Part shown: positions 1 to 6,925 of the stretch, in pieces
Numbering within the stretch: position 1 is the first letter of the stretch
Layout of the letters: every line of letters starts with the position of its first letter
Assembly (NCBI GenBank): GCA_000708835.1
Contig: DF237112.1
Location: forward strand, 1-64,000
Reading direction: 5' to 3'
Origin: Klebsormidium nitens
Lineage: Eukaryota > Plantae > Klebsormidiophyceae
Length of the DNA: 64,000 nucleotides
Notes under the pieces: generated by a model
What the model was told of the DNA's origin: nothing
Database searches by the model: none
What the model saw: only the letters and a program-made list of their open reading frames with translations
Position numbers and translations under genes: made by a program

Positions 1-2
1 TT

Positions 3-575
3 GCCCTCCTTCTTCATAGAATAAGGAGGCGACTTCTGATTGACCCGGAGACACATGCTCGCCCCTGAGAAGAAGTTCTCGATGACCACGCTGAAAATTC
101 TGGTGACCACGCTGAGATTCTCGTTAACCACGTTGCCTCGAATCTAGTCAAAGCAAGTGCCGGGTCCTATACAGTCAGAAGCGCCCTCCTTCTATATAGA
201 AAAAGGAGCCGACTTCTGACTGATCCGGAGACACATGCGCGCTCCAGAGAGGGAGTTCTCCGTGACCACGCTGAAATTTCTCGTGACCACGCTGAAATAC
301 TCAGTGATCACAATGTCTTGAATCTAGTCGTAGCAGGTGCCAGGTCTTGAGTCAGTCCGAATCGCCCTCCTTCTCTGCAGAAAAGGGAGGCGACTTTTGA
401 CTGTTCCGGAGACACATGCCCCGGAGAGAAAGTTCTCGGTGACCACGCTGCCTCGAATGAGCCGACTTCTGATCGATGTGAAGACACATGCACGTTTCAG
501 AGAGGAAGTTCTCGCTGAACACGCTCGAATTTTTGATGACCACGCTGAAAGTTTTCGGTGACCACGTGTTGTTGC
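3..575. repeat. Degenerate tandem repeat, ~180-bp unit (two full and two partial copies)
   Basis: The unit GCCCTCCTTCT..AGAA..AGGAG.CGACTTCTGA..CCGGAGACACATGC..GAGA..AGTTCTC..TGACCACGCTGAAA recurs at about 3, 183, 364 and 461. It carries internal GTGACCACGCTGA sub-repeats. There is no continuous ORF (stops and frameshifts). Confidence 0.9.
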
Positions 576-590
576 AGGTGCGTTTTGCAA

Positions 591-1106
591 TCAATCTGAG
601 TCCGAACCAGAATCGGAATTGGAGTCGGCCAGCCTTGCTTTTTTTCTTGGGGCGAGCGTTCTTTTCTCACTTTTCTTACCCGGCTTGCGAGTCTGAGTGG
701 CTTTTGCTTTCGTCTTCGAACTTTTCGTAGAAGGCTTCATACGTTCGATTTCATCGATTGCCATCTTTGTCGGAGTGCTTTGAAAGGTACCCTCGAATGG
801 CATGCCGGTCGGACGGTTGCTCTTCTTAACGGGGCCGATCTCAACGGAGTAACCGTACTTTTTCTTTGCTGAAGCTCTCGTGGTCTCTTGGATCATGACA
901 ACGACTTTCTGTGGAAGCGAAACTTTTTTACCCTGGCATTTTTGGCTACGAAATAGCTGGGAACCTGCGCGGGCTCCAGCTTGACTGACACGGCCTTTCG
1001 TACCGTCGATCTCGAGCCTCGTGTCTTTCAACAGCGCGAGGGCGTCGTTTCCTTTTGACTCGTAGGCAGCAACCACTCGAAAGCTTCGTTTTGTGGAATC
1101 AACCAT
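591..1106 (-). CDS. MC1-like non-histone DNA-architectural protein (NCLDV/Polinton-like-virus type) with a basic then acidic tail
   Basis: Intronless 171-aa ORF. The motifs KRSFRVV..., ARAGSQLFR and VMIQETTRASAKKKYGYSV match the remembered pattern of large-DNA-virus MC1 homologues (KRSFK...AAKKAFSQL...IQETTRGSxKKxYxY). The C-terminus is Lys-rich. Confidence 0.65.
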   Translation of the reverse strand: MVDSTKRSFRVVAAYESKGNDALALLKDTRLEIDGTKGRVSQAGARAGSQLFRSQKCQGKKVSLPQKVVVMIQETTRASAKKKYGYSVEIGPVKKSNRPTGMPFEGTFQSTPTKMAIDEIERMKPSTKSSKTKAKATQTRKPGKKSEKRTLAPRKKARLADSNSDSGSDSD

Positions 1107-1374
1107 ATCGGTGGCCGCCTAATGCACTTAAAACATTAGGGATTAGAAAAAGTAAATCCCGTCACCTGATGCATTTTTTTCGAAGCAAGGATGAAGCGCA
1201 GGCGGAGAGGCTCCGAAAAAGTGTCATATGCCATTGAAATAACTAGTTATTGTCTTGACAAAACTCGAGATTTCTGAACATTTTTTTAACCCCCGCTAGC
1301 AGTTTTCAGAGTATAAACGATCGAGAGATTTTTTGATGACACTTTATTCTGACAGAGCTTGTTGAAATAAGCTG

Positions 1375-2253
1375 TTGCCAAATGTGAAAACATTCAAAAT
1401 TTATTTTCTTACAATGACCCAGGTACGGATAAGTATGGATAGTCTAAGGAGGGTCTTGGCTGATGGGATTCGAACGGAGAGCTCCACGGAGCAGTATTTG
1501 AAAGGAATTCAGCTCCTCTATAACATGTGTTTCGAGGACAAGATGCCCGAGGATCCGTCGTGGATAAGGAGCAGAGCCCAGAAGATCGTTGCAAGTGTAT
1601 TAGAGCGGTACGAAAATCCTGGTAGCCGGCGTACTCGCTTAGCCCCATTCCTTGCGATCTGTCGTAAGCTTGGGTATGGAGATGCTTATCAAACATACTA
1701 TGCACCATTCAAGAAGGAGAACAAGGTTCTCAAGAAGTCTACACAACGCAGATTGGAAGAGGGAACAAGCAACGAGGCCTCCGAGATGACCGTCAAAGAG
1801 ATCGAAGCCTTTGGAAAGAAGCTATCACGCAAAGTGAGACAGTTGAGCCTGGAAGACTTGGGACGCGATCTGACTTTGAAAGAAGTGAAGGTCGTCATGT
1901 GGCATCTGATCCTTGAATGGCACATGCTTCTGGACCCCGAGCATCGCCGTCGGGTGAAAATGCACGACCTTCCAATCGTGCTTAAAGGGGAACGGGCTGA
2001 TAAAGGTGCCAGCTATCTGCTACAAACCTCGCGACGAAAAGGAGCATACGAACTCGTCTTCGAAGACGGAGGTCGAATCCCGTTGTCAAAGATGCTCAGC
2101 AAATATATCCATCGAACACTCCAATTGATACCGCGAGATCACTTGTTAACCTCGATCAGTGAGCCGCAAACGGTGATGTCTCCAAGTAATTGGTCGATGT
2201 TCATGAGCAAGATTCGCTACAACGGGAAACACTTCACTCCCAACAGATTGTGA
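1375..2253 (+). pseudogene. Truncated or catalytically dead tyrosine-recombinase-like protein (paralogue of the downstream YR)
   Basis: Intronless, with probable ATG at ~1414. It parallels the downstream YR: N-terminal ST..QY..I, 'HLILEWHM' vs 'HLILALYT', 'LIPRDHLL' vs 'LIPRKHLI', and 'KHFTPNRL*' vs 'KNLSCTPLRH'. TGA at 2251-2253 sits where the catalytic Arg is expected. There is no MGH...Y motif. Confidence 0.55.
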
Positions 2254-2316
2254 TCCGGAGTCGTGTGTATCTTGCAAAAAAATATCTACGAGGATGAGTA
2301 TTAGTAAGCCGCTCTG

Positions 2317-3372
2317 TTGCGGATGATGGATGCCAACTTCGAGACTATGGTGTGGAGAAAGCTAAAGGCCCAATGTCCCGAAAAGGTTCTGCGTGGAGCT
2401 CCCCACAACCGGTCCGATTCTACGGTTTCTGTGTACATTAGACAGCTCAAGACCGTTCACACAGCAGGAGATTTTGGACCCGACATCATGCAAGATCTCG
2501 ATTGGATCAATGACCACGAGCAGGTAATAGCGACCATAAAGAGTCTTACGTCGCGTGATGGCAAACTACTGAAATCCCTCACGAAGAGCAATTACGCAGC
2601 TCCTTTCACCATTCTTGCCTCCAGAGAGGCGCAAGCAGCATACTCGAAGTATATGCAGAGAATGAAGCCAACCGAGGAAGAGCTCGATCGATCCATGCAG
2701 AGGAAGACGCCGAAAGAAGTCGATAATTGGATACCCTGGAGTGAGTTGTTGGAAAAGAGATCCGAACTCGATGATCAAATTATTCGCTGTGTGGTGCCGA
2801 AATTCTCTCAAAAGAAAAGGTTGACTCGCCACGATAAGCAGCTCGTGATGGATCATCTCATCTTGGCGCTATACACTATGCCTCTGGGACCGTTAAGAAA
2901 TGAATACGCCGAATGCCGCGTCTTCTTCATGAAAGAATCCAAGAACGATCGCGTTGAGGTAAAACCTGGTGATATTAACGTCGTTGAGTTGAATGACGAT
3001 CCTAGTCGGTGCTTTTTCCATATCGGTAGACACAAGACTCTTGAGAAGGATGGCGTAAGACGGCTTGAAATCCCGGAGGACCTCGTGATGGTCATTCTTC
3101 GCTCTTTCAATCTGATCCCTAGAAAACACTTAATTCTCAAAAGGCAGTACCTGGTATGGCTTGATGAGCCAATATCGAATTTCACAGTAGTTCTAAACGA
3201 CCTCGGCCAGAGGCACTTTGGCAAAAATCTCAGTTGTACACCTCTCCGACATATCTCCCATACCGAGCACAGTCCAAAGCTGATGTCCCGCGGTGAAGTA
3301 AGAGCAAAGGCACAGTACATGGGCCATTCCATGAGGACGGCAGACGAACTCTATAACAGGCGGTTCGAATAA
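2317..3372 (+). CDS. Tyrosine recombinase/integrase (Polinton-like virus/virophage type)
   Basis: Intronless ~350-aa ORF with catalytic signatures in the expected order: PLRNE (R), HKT (K), LRHI (RH box), MGHS (H), and LYNRR (nucleophile Y) at the C-terminus. Confidence 0.88.
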   Translation: MRMMDANFETMVWRKLKAQCPEKVLRGAPHNRSDSTVSVYIRQLKTVHTAGDFGPDIMQDLDWINDHEQVIATIKSLTSRDGKLLKSLTKSNYAAPFTILASREAQAAYSKYMQRMKPTEEELDRSMQRKTPKEVDNWIPWSELLEKRSELDDQIIRCVVPKFSQKKRLTRHDKQLVMDHLILALYTMPLGPLRNEYAECRVFFMKESKNDRVEVKPGDINVVELNDDPSRCFFHIGRHKTLEKDGVRRLEIPEDLVMVILRSFNLIPRKHLILKRQYLVWLDEPISNFTVVLNDLGQRHFGKNLSCTPLRHISHTEHSPKLMSRGEVRAKAQYMGHSMRTADELYNRRFE

Positions 3373-3502
3373 AGTGAGCCTCGCTTAGTACCCTCTATGC
3401 ATTGTGTGCGTTCGATGGGAAGGATATTTTCTATTCAATAATTATCAGGAATGAGGAGACAACATTGCATCCCGGCTATGGAGTCCATGAACCACAGGCC
3501 GG

Positions 3503-3769
3503 ATGCTGTGCATGAACATTGATAGTTTGAAAGAGGTCCACTCACCAATGGGAGAGGAATCGTTCAACGAGTTAGCCAACCGTATGCTACACGATTGGTC
3601 AACCCCCAATGTCAACGTGAGAATGAAAGAAAATCGCTGTGAATGTTTAGGAAGACGATTTGATTACAAACGGGTCGAACGCCCACGAACCGTTCCAATG
3701 TACCTCCTCGACCCAGAATCGAATGTCCTCCAAACGTTTCTTGAGCACGTTTTTGTAAGGGAATATTAG
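3503..3769 (+). CDS. Small hypothetical protein in the virus-like module
   Basis: 88-aa intronless ORF after an AT-rich spacer. Its 3' end overlaps the 3' end of the convergent helicase ORF. No motif recognised. Confidence 0.3.
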   Translation: MLCMNIDSLKEVHSPMGEESFNELANRMLHDWSTPNVNVRMKENRCECLGRRFDYKRVERPRTVPMYLLDPESNVLQTFLEHVFVREY

Positions 3770-6148
3770 ACCACGACAACCATTGGATGTTTCTTTGTAA
3801 CTCTCTAGTCCAAGTGCCCGTTTAATGCGACCGATCAAGACGTCCTTTTGTGTTGGTGGATCTTCTTTTGCGCCCTGATTGTCTAGGAAGTTCTTGTATG
3901 TCCGGAATATAGTAGCGCTTAGCACATTTGTATTCGATTCCAATGAAAAGTTGCCATTGTCTATCAATCCGCATAGCATCTTCGCCCAGAATGGAATCGA
4001 GTGCTCCCTCAATGCTGAACTCCACTCACTCTTTGGAATGAGTTTTGGATTCCAAGTGTCGATGCCAGTACGTGACATTAGATATCGATAAAAGTGTTCA
4101 GCTGTTGTAGTATTTAGGGTTTGACAGAGTCGATTGAAGTATCCTTGGTCACCAATCCGAGCGTCGGATGCCTCAAAACAGGCATACCGCCGATCGGTTG
4201 CCTCCTTCTTGATCGGCCAGTCCTCATTCGTGTTAAACCAGTAGTTTGCAAGATCCGGTACTTGAAGAGGGTCAATGCCTTTCTTCTCTAGGATTGTCGT
4301 ATCTTGTGTGATCAGCGATTTTAAGCGATTGTTAGACTTGTATGCTCCACCCCAATTGGAAACCTCATCAAAGCACACTAGAAGAAGATTTGCAGCAATA
4401 CCGTTGAATTTTCCAATCATCTTCTCCATATCGTTGCAATAGAGATAGTAACGCGCTCCAATGACGTATTTTCCCACGAAGTCTGTGATGACTGACTTTC
4501 CAGCTCCTTGGGCTGAGCGGAACACCAAAGCAGTGCCGATCTTCTTATGCGGCCGTTGAACAAGATGAGCTAGCCAATCCAAGATGTAGTCCGCAATTGT
4601 GGAATCATTGTTAGCTAGTACTTCGTGGACGTGGTTTAGAAGTGGCGCAATCTTGGTCATGTCAACGGTGCTCTGTACATTGTAAGAAAAAGGGAATCCG
4701 TAGAAAAGGTTATAGTTGTTGGGTGAAGCTACGCAGGGATTCGTTTCAAAGACAACCTTGTTTAGTGTTTTTCTCGCTGATGATCTGCACCAGAGCTTTC
4801 CAAGATTCCCAATTTTTTGAATGTCTAAGTTGAAGGACTCCAATCGTTCCAGAAACTCGGCTCTTGTTCGTAGAATACTATCGTCTGGGGTCCACGTATT
4901 GCCTCTTTGAGCATAGAGAGTCTCGATAAAAAGCACCTTCGAACTTCCGTCTAGTACACAAAAATAATGGTTCATTGTCTGGATTACAATGGTTGAGAGT
5001 TGCTCACATAGAAGTTGATATTGCACGCTATCGAAGTCCTTTTTAGTCTTTGATATGATCTTCTCTGCTTCCTCGATTGGCCGCAAATCAAAGCGTGACT
5101 TGGAAGTGAGTAGCGCAGGCCAATGATGAAGTCCGAGAAAGTAACGAGGCCGTTCTTTACATTCGGATGATAAACATCGATACTGCATGCAAATGCCGTT
5201 GCTAATGACACTGAAGCTGTTGCTCGTATGTTTCTCTCCATAAGGACATTCTCTACTTCCTTTCACCTTGAATTTCAAGATCGCTTCGCCATCGCGCATC
5301 TTCACGCCTCTATAGCAGCTTGTCGGATCGTTGCATTTACTTCTTATCAGGAAAGATGCCGTTTCGACAGCTTCATTTAGCTCTTCGCACCAGATGGAGT
5401 GGTTCAACGCAAGCTTCCAATCTATGACTTGATTCTTTATCGTATTTGAACTGTTTGGAGTACACGGCTCATGTCCGTGTAAAAATCCGGCCAGCGCATT
5501 CAATTGCTTTGGTACTGTTACTTTTCCTCGTGTGTCCTCCTGAGCATTCAAGATCTCGAGGATCCAGGATGGAAGGCAAGCAAGCTCGATTTCCCAGGGA
5601 GAGGTTATCCAGCTATAGGAGTGCACGTCACCATCACGAAGGATGCTGGTTGGAGGAGCGAAGCAGATGCCATTGCCTCGATAGTCAATCGTTGTCTGTG
5701 TGGAGGCAATCCTTAGCTTGGTTGCATCTCCCGTCCTTTGAAGTCCTGGCGAATCTGCTCGAAAATAGTAGTGCAGACCGCCACTCTGTGTCTTTGCTTT
5801 CCATGTGAGAGGCTCGCCGTGCTCTTCCGTCAACCGCCTCCATACATGCATACCGTCGATGACGGTTTTGCTTTCGGCCACCTTGGGAAAATCAATATCG
5901 ATCACCACAATACCATTCGGACGTGCTCGTCCGCAGCATAGAGCAATAGCGTTCTTGTTCGAACAGTCGCGAATCTTTTGCTCGTGTTTCTTCCAAGAAG
6001 CTTCATCTGAGATAGTTGCGTAAGAGCATGCAAAGTTTGTAGCCACTTTCTTCTTTGTATTTTCGTCCCAAGTGAGATTGAGAGTGAGTGGAAGAAGGTG
6101 GAGGCTCCTGTAAGAATCAATGCATTCGATGAGGTTTGTCGTCATCAA
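3647..6148 (-). CDS. Prim-pol primase/polymerase fused to a Zn-binding linker and a superfamily-3 (D5-like) helicase
   Basis: Uninterrupted 833-aa ORF. Prim-pol motifs: IVVIDID, KTQSGGLHYYF, IDYRGNG..FAPPT. Zn linker: CPYGEKHTSN...YRCLSSEC. Helicase: Walker A FRSAQGAGKS, Walker B LVCFDEV, motif C WFNTNE, and DRRY (Arg finger). Confidence 0.92.
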   Translation of the reverse strand: MMTTNLIECIDSYRSLHLLPLTLNLTWDENTKKKVATNFACSYATISDEASWKKHEQKIRDCSNKNAIALCCGRARPNGIVVIDIDFPKVAESKTVIDGMHVWRRLTEEHGEPLTWKAKTQSGGLHYYFRADSPGLQRTGDATKLRIASTQTTIDYRGNGICFAPPTSILRDGDVHSYSWITSPWEIELACLPSWILEILNAQEDTRGKVTVPKQLNALAGFLHGHEPCTPNSSNTIKNQVIDWKLALNHSIWCEELNEAVETASFLIRSKCNDPTSCYRGVKMRDGEAILKFKVKGSRECPYGEKHTSNSFSVISNGICMQYRCLSSECKERPRYFLGLHHWPALLTSKSRFDLRPIEEAEKIISKTKKDFDSVQYQLLCEQLSTIVIQTMNHYFCVLDGSSKVLFIETLYAQRGNTWTPDDSILRTRAEFLERLESFNLDIQKIGNLGKLWCRSSARKTLNKVVFETNPCVASPNNYNLFYGFPFSYNVQSTVDMTKIAPLLNHVHEVLANNDSTIADYILDWLAHLVQRPHKKIGTALVFRSAQGAGKSVITDFVGKYVIGARYYLYCNDMEKMIGKFNGIAANLLLVCFDEVSNWGGAYKSNNRLKSLITQDTTILEKKGIDPLQVPDLANYWFNTNEDWPIKKEATDRRYACFEASDARIGDQGYFNRLCQTLNTTTAEHFYRYLMSRTGIDTWNPKLIPKSEWSSALREHSIPFWAKMLCGLIDNGNFSLESNTNVLSATIFRTYKNFLDNQGAKEDPPTQKDVLIGRIKRALGLESYKETSNGCRGLIFPYKNVLKKRLEDIRFWVEEVHWNGSWAFDPFVIKSSS

Positions 6149-6294
6149 GGCATTGCCCTCCTTATGTTATGGTCCTAAGGAAATAATCGCATTAGATCTA
6201 GACGCGTTCCCATGTCAAGCTCGCGTCGGGATCATAGACTCCTCAGCATGAGTCGGTACAAATTCTAACCTGGTGGACATTTGACATACCGTAA

Positions 6295-6576
6295 TCAACT
6301 CTTGACAACGGCCTTTTCATGTGGGTTGCCTCCTTCGATAAGGCCGGCAGCTACAAGCTTAGCCATGGTAGAAGATCTAAGGCTCTTTCCTTCGGAATAG
6401 CGATATAGAGCTTTCCTCAAACATATGTCGGCCTTCGTTTTGGCGTAGTGTTTACGTGACCATGCTCTAAATTTATCGGGGTTCGATTGACGGTAATGCA
6501 TTTCGTACAGCCGTCTATGGGTGTTAGCGTCGAGCTTGCATGCACCTATTGCAGATGCGGTCATCTCAATTGCCAC
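6295..6576 (-). CDS. Small basic hypothetical protein in the virus-like module
   Basis: ~90-aa intronless ORF, co-oriented with and upstream of the primase-helicase. It has a basic helical segment (YRQSNPDKFRAWSRKHYAK). Confidence 0.4.
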   Translation of the reverse strand: MAIEMTASAIGACKLDANTHRRLYEMHYRQSNPDKFRAWSRKHYAKTKADICLRKALYRYSEGKSLRSSTMAKLVAAGLIEGGNPHEKAVVKS

Positions 6577-6637
6577 CTATGTTACAACAAGAAGATACTT
6601 CAAAGTCTTCTGACGAGGTGTTCATGGCACGTTGACG

Positions 6638-6833
6638 CCATTGGCACCTCGAACGCTCAGATTTTTTGAGTCAAGTTCTTTGATGATGGTCCGTTCATGT
6701 TGGTGGTTGGGGAAAAAAGGTGCCGAGGTGCCAATGGTGCCAGGCGTTTCGAGGTATGTAGAGCAACCATTCTATACATATATATAAGTATTCATATATA
6801 TATCAAGTATGTAGAAAAGGTGCCAGAGGTGTC
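6638..6833. other. Origin-like region: 14-bp inverted repeat, GGTGCC iterons and an AT-rich block
   Basis: CCATTGGCACCTCG (6638-6651) and CGAGGTGCCAATGG (6724-6737) form a perfect inverted repeat. GGTGCC occurs at 6719, 6727, 6736 and 6819, and GGCACC at 6643. A TATA-rich stretch lies at ~6772-6810. Confidence 0.5.
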
Positions 6834-6925
6834 TGAGCTAGAGTCTCCCTACAAATCCAGCCCACATGAATAAAACTTGCAAGAGCATTGACCGCACTCA
6901 ATGAAGGCTCAAGTACATATACAAT

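Larger units (their letters stand above)
591..6860. mobile_element. Endogenous virus-like/plasmid-like integrative element (PLV- or transpoviron-like); boundaries uncertain
   Basis: Dense intronless gene cluster (MC1-like, two YR-family genes, prim-pol-SF3 helicase, two small ORFs) within an otherwise intron-rich genome. No att sites or TIRs identified. Confidence 0.75.

Noticed and set aside
3-575. Possible CRISPR-like repeat-spacer array
   Set aside because: Whole ~180-bp units are homologous, with no unique spacers. The context is eukaryotic and there are no cas genes.
6156-6166. Shine-Dalgarno-like AAGGAGG upstream of the primase-helicase (minus strand)
   Set aside because: Single occurrence. 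The nearest ATG is followed at once by a stop, and the other module genes lack it. Insufficient to argue a prokaryotic origin.
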